DNA from: a virus
Taxonomy: Duplodnaviria > Caudoviricetes
Strand: one strand, 5' to 3'
DNA: 25,995 nt
IMG/VR virus record: IMGVR_UViG_3300026511_000024
Span: 1 to 25,995 of that record
The notes beneath the pieces are model-generated. The model was not told the DNA's origin, made no database searches, and worked only from the letters and a program-made list of their open reading frames with translations. Below are positions 9,962-16,244 of this stretch, one piece after another. Within the stretch, counting starts at the first letter, position 1. Each line of letters starts with the position of its first letter. The translations under genes were made by a program, and so were the position numbers.

Positions 9962-10053
9962 TTTTTCTTCGCGGTTTTCTTGGCTTTAGCTTTCTTGGCT
10001 GCTGCTTTACCTTTCTCTGTGTATGCGTATTTCTTACCGTTTACCATTGGCAT
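9958..10053 (-). CDS. 31-aa Lys/Ala-rich peptide (not in ORF track)
   Basis: MPMVNGKKYAYTEKGKAAAKKAKAKKTAKKK; GGAG RBS upstream; ATGA overlap with the terL start. Confidence 0.75.
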   Translation of the reverse strand: MPMVNGKKYAYTEKGKAAAKKAKAKKTAKKK

Positions 10054-10474
10054 AGTATTCTCCAGTTCGTATCATTGTGGTTACATTGATTGCTCGTTGT
10101 CCGACCTGATCAGCCCATTTAGAGTCCATGAACTCATCAGCAGCCTTCTCAAAGTCGTCAGTCTCCATAAACCCTAATGCTTTCTTAAACTTCCTTAGTC
10201 GGGTTATACCAAGGTTGAAACACAAGTCTATCATAGCGTCTTGTCTAACTTGGTCTAAGTACTTATACCATCTAAAGGTGTTGTCTAGTTCTTCCTCACA
10301 CCTTCGGATGTCGTTTCTTAACATGTAATAGACTTCATCATGGGATAGACCCATGCTTTCTAAGTTCCTGCCTACGCCTATTGTCAGGATTCCAAGTAAG
10401 TCTTCATAGGGCTTAGTCCGCATACCTTCATGCAGGACTAGCATGTCTATAAGATTAGTCCTCACTGTACTCAC
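10034..10474 (-). CDS. T4-type lysozyme (GH24)
   Basis: Catalytic triad E-x8-D-x5-T (HEGMRTKPYEDLLGILTIGVGRNL), FNLG, SKWADQVGQRA; true start could be the GTG at 10465. Confidence 0.92.
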   Translation of the reverse strand: MSTVRTNLIDMLVLHEGMRTKPYEDLLGILTIGVGRNLESMGLSHDEVYYMLRNDIRRCEEELDNTFRWYKYLDQVRQDAMIDLCFNLGITRLRKFKKALGFMETDDFEKAADEFMDSKWADQVGQRAINVTTMIRTGEYYANGKR

Positions 10475-10823
10475 CCTCTATGACATCTGGGCTGATGACC
10501 GTATCTGTCACGCCAGAAATAGTGATGTTGACCGTAGGCTTGCTGCCAAGCTTGTCTTTGTCAAACGAACTGACAGGGAGTATTCGATCTACAATTAACT
10601 TCCACGCAGCAGCTTGGTTCTTGTGGTCGTCATCCATTGCTGCCTTGAATATGGAGTTAATCACCGCAGGAGTGTCTCGTCTAGCCAAGAACCTCTGCTT
10701 CATCTCAGCCATGGCCGAATGGTCACCCTTAGGTCTGCCTCTCCCGCGTTTCTCAGGTATCAACTCAGACTTTCTGGGTCTGCCTACCTTACGTTTGGGT
10801 TGATCTATCTTGTCTTTAGGCAC
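10455..10823 (-). CDS. terS: Probable terminase small subunit
   Basis: First late gene, upstream of terL; GRPRK and RGRPKG motifs, helical core, C-terminal VNITISG strand. Confidence 0.7.
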   Translation of the reverse strand: MPKDKIDQPKRKVGRPRKSELIPEKRGRGRPKGDHSAMAEMKQRFLARRDTPAVINSIFKAAMDDDHKNQAAAWKLIVDRILPVSSFDKDKLGSKPTVNITISGVTDTVISPDVIEGEYSED

Positions 10824-11023
10824 AGCTTCGTAACTCTTGATGTGTAAAAATTAAACAGATTTAAACATGAGTTTTAATTATTGTCTATTTTTTATACAGA
10901 ATTACGCATTGCTTGGGGTTGAGAGGGATTGGAGTGTTCTTTTTTTTCTAATTTGGCCTCTTGCAAATTTGTGGGGCTACTATAACAATAACCACGAGCA
11001 ATCCCCCTCCCCCGTCCCTATTC

Positions 11024-11155
11024 GCGGCGAGATTCGCCAGATTGTGGTGAGATTCGCCAGATAGTAAAGCGATTAGTTTAGTAAAGCGATTGGTTTAGTA
11101 AGTAGGTGGGTTTAGTAAGTAGCCTATAAGCCAAGACTATGAACCTATAAGCCAA
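11024..11155. repeat. Ladder of short direct repeats in the divergent non-coding region
   Basis: 2x GyGGyGAGATTCGCCAGAT (period 20); 4x TAGTAA... (period 17, at 11062, 11079, 11096, 11113); 2x CCTATAAGCCAA (period 21). Confidence 0.9.
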
Positions 11156-11188
11156 AACATAACATCCCTATGCACACGATTCTTACAC

Positions 11189-11246
11189 TGTTACCGGTAA
11201 CACATTCAAGGTAACACAGTAACACTTTACGGTAACAAGGTAACAC
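11189..11246. promoter_or_regulatory. Cluster of TGTTAC/GTAACA boxes (candidate upstream activator sites)
   Basis: Perfect palindrome TGTTACCGGTAACA at 11189-11202 plus four more GTAACA copies at about 11211, 11219, 11232 and 11240. Confidence 0.65.
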
Positions 11247-11253
11247 ATCCACA

Positions 11254-11273
11254 CACTGTATATCCATCCAGTA
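11254..11273. promoter_or_regulatory. LexA (SOS) box, gammaproteobacterial type
   Basis: CACTGTATATCCATCCAGTA = CTG-N10-CAG, close to consensus TACTG(TA)5CAGTA. Confidence 0.7.
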
Positions 11274-11280
11274 ATCACCC

Positions 11281-11293
11281 TAAGCCATTGAAT
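11281..11293 (-). promoter_or_regulatory. IHF-like site
   Basis: Reverse complement ATTCAATGGCTTA versus WATCAANNNNTTR (one mismatch), at about -58 to -46 of the sigma54 promoter. Confidence 0.5.
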
Positions 11294-11311
11294 CCCCTGG
11301 TATTCTCAAAG

Positions 11312-11328
11312 TTGGCACGGGCAATGCA
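11312..11328 (+). promoter_or_regulatory. Sigma54 (RpoN) -24/-12 promoter for the early genes
   Basis: TTGGCACG-GGCA-ATGCA versus consensus YTGGCACG-N4-TTGCW; exact GG-N10-GC spacing; predicted +1 near 11339, ahead of the RBS and ATG at 11377. Confidence 0.75.
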
Positions 11329-11376
11329 TTGTATTGGATGACAGTTAAGCAATCACACAATTACAGGGGATACACA

Positions 11377-11610
11377 ATGCAGCTAAGCAAGCCGATAACC
11401 AATACGTCAAGTATGTTAATTAACTTTTACGAGGCGAAAATTCTACCTAGCTCTTGCGCCAAATTAATGCTGGCAGCGACAAAGGATAAGGATCTCGAGC
11501 AATTAATCGGTTCATGCGCTATCGATGCCCGTAATCTACATAATGGATTTAATGAAGAATACGGCAATTATGCGGACGCGGTAATAGCGCGACTAATTGC
11601 GCAAGCCTAA
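11377..11610 (+). CDS. Hypothetical early protein (start revised to 11377)
   Basis: AGGGGA RBS then ATG CAG CTA AGC; first gene after the sigma54-like promoter. Confidence 0.65.
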   Translation: MQLSKPITNTSSMLINFYEAKILPSSCAKLMLAATKDKDLEQLIGSCAIDARNLHNGFNEEYGNYADAVIARLIAQA

Positions 11611-11618
11611 CAATAATC

Positions 11619-11636
11619 GCCCCTGGCAACAGGGGC
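11619..11636 (+). other. Intergenic GC hairpin
   Basis: GCCCCTG-GCAA-CAGGGGC, GNRA loop, no U-tract. Confidence 0.7.
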
Positions 11637-11656
11637 ATCACCAAGGGGAAAATATT

Positions 11657-11836
11657 ATGACTGTAAACAATGGCGATTTTGTAACACTAAACACTACTCA
11701 CAATGCCGAATTATGGAAAGTAGTAAACGTAAGCAGGCACACAGTAGACCTAATCGCGGCAAGCGAGCTACACACTCCTAACATCGCAGCGCAGACGCTA
11801 GATTGGTCTGCAATTGTGAAAGTAATACCACAATAA
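11657..11836 (+). CDS. Hypothetical early protein (start revised to 11657)
   Basis: AAGGGGAA RBS; MTVNNGDFVTLN..., small and beta-rich. Confidence 0.65.
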   Translation: MTVNNGDFVTLNTTHNAELWKVVNVSRHTVDLIAASELHTPNIAAQTLDWSAIVKVIPQ

Positions 11837-11844
11837 ACGATAAC

Positions 11845-11862
11845 GCCCCGTTTCGGCGGGGC
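11845..11862 (+). other. Intergenic GC hairpin
   Basis: GCCCCGT-TTCG-GCGGGGC, UUCG loop. Confidence 0.7.
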
Positions 11863-11884
11863 ATTCTTAACAAGGGGAATAACA

Positions 11885-12598
11885 ATGGCTAAAACAAAAG
11901 GTTTCATCTTATACCAAGGCGCTAGTGAATTAGATAACGCGCCAATTGTTGTAATCGCTACCATGTCTACCAGTAATCGCAAGACCGGGAAAATGGTTCA
12001 AGTGTGGATTCTTCGAAGTGATATAGACCCGATCGAAGCTTTCAAGTCTAAAGCAGATTATTCTATATGCGGCAATTGTCCGCAGCGATGGGCATTAGGT
12101 GGCGCGTGTTATGTAAACATCGGGCAAGCGCCTCTTGCGATCTATCGTGCCTATAAACGCGGCAGCTACACGCTATTCGATCCGGTATTACATGGCGACC
12201 TACTGGCTAATCGTAAAATCAGATTAGGCGCTTATGGTGATCCCGCAGCTGTACCCTTTGAAGTACTACGCGACTTCGCAAGATTAGGTAAAGGCCACAC
12301 TGGATATACTCATCAATATAACCACAAGAATTTCGACCGTAGATACTTAGATCTATGCATGGTATCTGCCGACACCCTGGCTGTAGCGCAAAAAGTAAAG
12401 CGCGACAATGCGCGAAGCTTTCAAGTACTTGCGACTGATGCGCCTATACCTAAGGATTCTATCGAGTGCCTATCCGATAGCAAAGGGATCTCATGCCTAG
12501 ATTGCGGCCTATGCAACGGTAAAAGCGATTCACCTAGCATTTACATTCGGGTACATGGTACGCGAAAAGCAAATTTTCTAAACAATAAGCGAGTATAA
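11885..12598 (+). CDS. Cys-rich GP88-like phage protein, possibly an Fe-S enzyme
   Basis: CGNC..GACY, IRLGAYGDP, GYTHQ, SAD and C-terminal C..CLDCGLC motifs. Confidence 0.55.
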   Translation: MAKTKGFILYQGASELDNAPIVVIATMSTSNRKTGKMVQVWILRSDIDPIEAFKSKADYSICGNCPQRWALGGACYVNIGQAPLAIYRAYKRGSYTLFDPVLHGDLLANRKIRLGAYGDPAAVPFEVLRDFARLGKGHTGYTHQYNHKNFDRRYLDLCMVSADTLAVAQKVKRDNARSFQVLATDAPIPKDSIECLSDSKGISCLDCGLCNGKSDSPSIYIRVHGTRKANFLNNKRV

Positions 12599-12624
12599 AC
12601 AATAACTTAAAGGGGAATTATACC

Positions 12625-12819
12625 ATGATAGATTTCGAAATAGTAGAAGACGGCCAGTCTAAGTTTATAACTTGGTCTAAATTGTGCGAGTTTACCGGGA
12701 TAAAAGCTTATCAACCATCTACGCCAGAACTTGCAAGCGTGAAAATGGAATTAGCTAAGCGATGGTCGCTAGATCCGGATGATGTAATTGTACGCCTAAA
12801 CCGACAGCCGATACTTTAA
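12625..12819 (+). CDS. Hypothetical early protein
   Basis: AAGGGGAA RBS, 64-aa ORF in the operon. Confidence 0.65.
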   Translation: MIDFEIVEDGQSKFITWSKLCEFTGIKAYQPSTPELASVKMELAKRWSLDPDDVIVRLNRQPIL

Positions 12820-12829
12820 GGGGAATAAC

Positions 12830-13003
12830 ATGACACACGAAACAGCACTAACCAAAGCCTTAGCGCTAGCTATAACAGCGCCTAGCCATCGTTACAGTGA
12901 CGCCTTGAAACTGGCCTATGAGATAGCCGAATTATGCACTCCCGCGGAAGTAGAAAGGGCAAAATTAAACGCACAACAATTAGTAGGTGAATCAAATGAT
13001 TAA
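12830..13003 (+). CDS. 57-aa helical protein (not in ORF track)
   Basis: MTHETALTKALALAITAPSHRYSDALKLAYEIAELCTPAEVERAKLNAQQLVGESND; AAGGGGAA RBS. Confidence 0.7.
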   Translation: MTHETALTKALALAITAPSHRYSDALKLAYEIAELCTPAEVERAKLNAQQLVGESND

Positions 13004-13208
13004 GGAATGCTTAGCAATGACAGCACTAATCGCCGCGTTATTACTTGTCGGGCGATGGGATTATGAAGACGAAATTATCGCGGAAAAAGATTATATAGAT
13101 TCCGTTTGCCTATGGTACGCCACAGGTGGTAGTCTAAAAAGTGAAGGCCGTTATGGTCATCCGGATTACAAAAAATTGGGGGTAACATGTACAGACTCAG
13201 CGGGATAA
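12996..13208 (+). CDS. Small membrane-anchored or exported protein
   Basis: Hydrophobic N-terminus then VGRWDYED...GHPDY; ATG at 12996. Confidence 0.6.
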   Translation: MIKECLAMTALIAALLLVGRWDYEDEIIAEKDYIDSVCLWYATGGSLKSEGRYGHPDYKKLGVTCTDSAG

Positions 13209-13408
13209 ATGGCGTTTTCGGATTCAAACATAGGACTAGCGAGCAAGCCGAAAGGGCAAAGGACGATTACATAAAAGACTTCGCCAGGGGTCGCGCTAGT
13301 CTGATACAAAGAAAATATGAATCTGGCAACATGAGATTACTGGAATCAGAGGCTATAGATATGGCAATCGAAGAGCTGAAAAGGGAAATAACCATAGTCA
13401 AGGCTTGA
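13187..13408 (+). CDS. Hypothetical protein
   Basis: GGGGG RBS-like run, overlapping ORF in the operon. Confidence 0.55.
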   Translation: MYRLSGINGVFGFKHRTSEQAERAKDDYIKDFARGRASLIQRKYESGNMRLLESEAIDMAIEELKREITIVKA

Positions 13409-13536
13409 TAGATACGATTCTAGCCTCAGCAGTCGCGCTAGAATCGATTTAAATTGGAAAGTAATACCATCACAAGGGGTACAAATAAAATCGCTTAGAT
13501 CGCCTCTACGGAGGTTTTAGCGAGAGGAGGATTTAA

Positions 13537-14130
13537 TTGAAAGATTACAGAGTAGAGCTGAAGGTGAAGAATAACCTACTTGCCAGTGCAATGGAGCGAA
13601 AAGGCATTGCAAGCGCAGCGGAGTTAGCCAGGCAATCAGGGATAAATCAAACCTATATCGGCAAGTATCTCAATTTGCAGGAAAGCATATACGATTTTCG
13701 CGGGGAGTATCGCCCGCAATTTATGCGGTTATGCGAATTCTTTAACCTTATGCCAAGTGAGTTATATCCTGAAGCGCAGATGAGCGAGCCGTTAAAGACC
13801 AACAAAAAAACCATTGAGGCGGATGCTCATGAGCTAGTACGCCTCGAGGCAGATGCGCTAGATCCTGCCCAGATTATAGAACTAGGCTCGAAGCGAGAGG
13901 CGATTCGTGGCATGCTATTTTCGCTAACCAAAAAAGAATCTGATGTCGTGTCACTACGGCTTGGCTTCGAGGGGGTCGAGCATACATGGGAAGAAATCGG
14001 CAAGGTATACGGGGTCAGTAAAGAGCGGGTAAGACAAATATACGGCAAGGCGATACGGAAACTGCGACACCCTGAGAGGCTTAAGTACGCGGGGTTCGAT
14101 CGATACGGGAGAGTGTTAGAAAGCGAGTAA
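13537..14130 (+). CDS. XRE-type HTH fused to a sigma70 region-4 domain
   Basis: N-terminal SAAELARQSGINQTYIGKY; C-terminal LTKKESDVVSLRLG..EHTWEEIGKVYGVSKERVRQIYGKAIRKLRHP resembles RpoD region 4; TTG start with GAGGAGG. Confidence 0.8.
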   Translation: MKDYRVELKVKNNLLASAMERKGIASAAELARQSGINQTYIGKYLNLQESIYDFRGEYRPQFMRLCEFFNLMPSELYPEAQMSEPLKTNKKTIEADAHELVRLEADALDPAQIIELGSKREAIRGMLFSLTKKESDVVSLRLGFEGVEHTWEEIGKVYGVSKERVRQIYGKAIRKLRHPERLKYAGFDRYGRVLESE

Positions 14131-14136
14131 AGGGTC

Positions 14137-14152
14137 GCCCCCTTTCGGGGGC
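14137..14152 (+). terminator. GC hairpin after the sigma-like gene
   Basis: GCCCCC-TTTC-GGGGGC, lacks a U-tract. Confidence 0.45.
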
Positions 14153-14224
14153 TAGTCACATGCATCGAGGAGGATGGTTTGCGATTAGTCGTAGGCTACT
14201 CCTCCCTCAAGAAAAAGGCAAGTC

Positions 14225-14638
14225 ATGTCTGATTTTGAAAGGGTTTTATCCAGTTTGGAGGGAGTTAGACGCAAGGGAGATACCGCAATGGCTATCTGTC
14301 CCGCGCATGCTGACAAATCCCCTAGCTTGTCCATCAAGTACCGACCTCAAGATGATCGGGTGCTGATCAATTGTTTGGCGCAAAACTGTAGCGCGGAGTC
14401 TATCCTTGCTGCGGCGGGTTTAACTTGGTCGGACTTATACCCCAAGGATCAAAACTACAAACCCCTCGCGGATAAGGTAACGCGGGAGGAAGTCAATTCA
14501 GCTAAGTGGCTGCTTGAGCTAGTCCCGATCTGGTCGGCTGAGGGAGTGGCATTCACTGAGAAAGACCGCCAGGACATCTACGCGGCACAGGTAATCATCA
14601 ATAAAGCGAAGCGAGGAGGATATTATGGGGTGGATTAA
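14225..14638 (+). CDS. Stand-alone primase zinc-binding-domain protein
   Basis: CPAHADKSPSLSI...VLINCLAQNC; no TOPRIM motif seen. Confidence 0.75.
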   Translation: MSDFERVLSSLEGVRRKGDTAMAICPAHADKSPSLSIKYRPQDDRVLINCLAQNCSAESILAAAGLTWSDLYPKDQNYKPLADKVTREEVNSAKWLLELVPIWSAEGVAFTEKDRQDIYAAQVIINKAKRGGYYGVD

Positions 14639-15236
14639 ATTAGATCGGGCAGTGCAGGATCACTTTATCTGGCGAGAACCGGAGGCTTTGAAGTTCTGGA
14701 TCTACCTACTGATGGCGGCATCACTGACAGACAAGGTGACTGTTTTTAATGGTAAAAACCTGACAATCAAGCGCGGTCAATTGGTGTTCGGATTGAACGC
14801 AGCAAGCGCCAAATTAGGCATCTCAGTACGGCGTCTAAGAACCTTCCTAAAATGGTTCGAAAGTGATCACATGATCGACAAGCAGATTACGAATAAATTC
14901 TCAATAATATCAATAGTTAAGTTCTGCGAATATCAAGATACGGGCAAGCAAACGACAAGCAAACGACAAGCAAATGACAAGCAAACGACAACAACTATAG
15001 AAGTAAGAAGTAAGAATAAAGAATATATACCCCCAACAGTCGCAGAGGTTCAGACGTATTGCGACTCCCGAAGTAACGGGATTGACGCGGAGATGTTCGT
15101 GGCATTCTATGAAGCTAGGGGATGGAAGATAGGGAAAGAGCAGATGAAATCATGGAAGGCTTGTGTGATTACATGGGAGAGGCGTAGAAAAGAGCAGACA
15201 CCTACTCCCGCGTCAAACTGGGAGGTGGAGCTATGA
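14625..15236 (+). CDS. Phage replication initiator (replisome-organiser type)
   Basis: N-terminal GWIKLDR..WIYLL..KRGQL winged-helix-like region; internal iterons; C-terminal PPTVAEV..FYEARGWK..MKSWKAC. Confidence 0.8.
   Translation: MGWIKLDRAVQDHFIWREPEALKFWIYLLMAASLTDKVTVFNGKNLTIKRGQLVFGLNAASAKLGISVRRLRTFLKWFESDHMIDKQITNKFSIISIVKFCEYQDTGKQTTSKRQANDKQTTTTIEVRSKNKEYIPPTVAEVQTYCDSRSNGIDAEMFVAFYEARGWKIGKEQMKSWKACVITWERRRKEQTPTPASNWEVEL
14945..14988 (+). repeat. Four tandem 11-bp iterons, probable replication origin
   Basis: CAAGCAAACGA x2, CAAGCAAATGA, CAAGCAAACGA, then an A-rich tract AGAAGTAAGAAGTAAGAATAAAGAATATATA. Confidence 0.8.
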
Positions 15237-16216
15237 AACTCCCACAAGGGTTAGACCTAGATCAATACATCGAACTCACCTCCATGATGGATGCGTCACA
15301 GATACACTCTGCCGGCAAGTGGCGTGATGAGGTGTTAGAACGATCAAAGGGGCAGAAGATCTGGGGTGCTAAGTTACCCTGGTCGAAGACATGGGAGACA
15401 TTCCGTCTACGCGAAGGGGAATTGACCTTATTCGCAGGTGCTAACGCCTCGCGTAAATCAATGATCTGTGGCGAGATTATCCTACACCTACTCAAACACT
15501 CTAAGGTCTGCCTCGCGTCCCTTGAGATGAAGCCCAGTGAGTCACTGTACAGGATGCTAATGCAGTCAGCAGGGGCTAGAGAGGGGACTCCTAATGAGAC
15601 CTTCATTGACGAGTTCACAGCATTTACCGACAAGAATCTAGTCATCTTTGACCAGTTAGACACAGTTAAGCCCGAGAGAGTATTGGCGATTATCAACTAC
15701 TGCGCGAAGGAATTGGGGTGTAAGTATATCTTTGTAGACTCACTGGCTAAGTGCGGGACAGGCTTTCAGGACTACTCTGCGGAGACTGAGTTTGTGAATA
15801 AGCTACAGCATTCCGCGAAGACTTTAGGCATAGGGATTATCCTTGTCGCACATATCAGAAAACCCCCACAGGCAGATGATAACTGGATACCAGACAAGTA
15901 TTCTATCCGTGGTGCTAGTACCCTGTCGGACATGGCAGACAATGTGATTTTGACGGCATCTAATCCCAAGAGAAAGCAACTCAAAGAGCTGACTAAAATT
16001 ACTGAGTTAGACGAGAAGCAGCAGGAGTATTTAGCGAAACACAAAGACCAAAAACTTATTATCGCAAAGCAAAGACACGCGGGAGGATGGGAGGGGACTT
16101 ATAATTTTTACTTTCATGATAATAGCTTACAGCTAACTGAGCAAGAGAATAGACCGAGGAGATTTTATTTTGAAAACAACGAAGAAACTGTTGACGATGA
16201 CATAGATTTGTTCTAA
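15233..16216 (+). CDS. SF4 replicative helicase (DnaB/T7 gp4-like)
   Basis: GELTLFAGANASRKS, SLEM, IFVDSL, LVAHIRK, IRGAS..SDMADNV, IAKQRH. Confidence 0.88.
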   Translation: MKLPQGLDLDQYIELTSMMDASQIHSAGKWRDEVLERSKGQKIWGAKLPWSKTWETFRLREGELTLFAGANASRKSMICGEIILHLLKHSKVCLASLEMKPSESLYRMLMQSAGAREGTPNETFIDEFTAFTDKNLVIFDQLDTVKPERVLAIINYCAKELGCKYIFVDSLAKCGTGFQDYSAETEFVNKLQHSAKTLGIGIILVAHIRKPPQADDNWIPDKYSIRGASTLSDMADNVILTASNPKRKQLKELTKITELDEKQQEYLAKHKDQKLIIAKQRHAGGWEGTYNFYFHDNSLQLTEQENRPRRFYFENNEETVDDDIDLF

Positions 16217-16219
16217 TCT
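16191..16219 (+). promoter_or_regulatory. Putative sigma70 promoter for the recombination module
   Basis: TTGACG-17 nt-TAATCT upstream of the GAGGAGG RBS of the 16245 gene. Confidence 0.5.
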
Positions 16220-16244
16220 ACAACTACATTCTGAGGAGGATGAT

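Noticed and set aside
9980-10177. Hydrophobic plus-strand ORF that could be read as a holin
   Set aside because: Its hydrophobicity is the reverse complement of the Lys-rich peptide and lysozyme codons; wrong strand for the late operon
10884-10899. Second LexA-like site (TCTATTTTTTATACAG) upstream of terS
   Set aside because: Only one half-site matches; the left CTG is absent at the required spacing
10867-11064. 65-aa plus-strand ORF in the control region
   Set aside because: No RBS, low-complexity, runs through the repeats; more likely non-coding
11024-11155. Possible CRISPR or mini-array
   Set aside because: Repeats are 12-19 bp, of three unrelated types, with no unique 25-45 bp spacers and no cas genes
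14160-14366. 68-aa ORF overlapping the primase Zn-finger gene
   Set aside because: Out-of-frame overlap with a well-supported gene and spans the RNA hairpin
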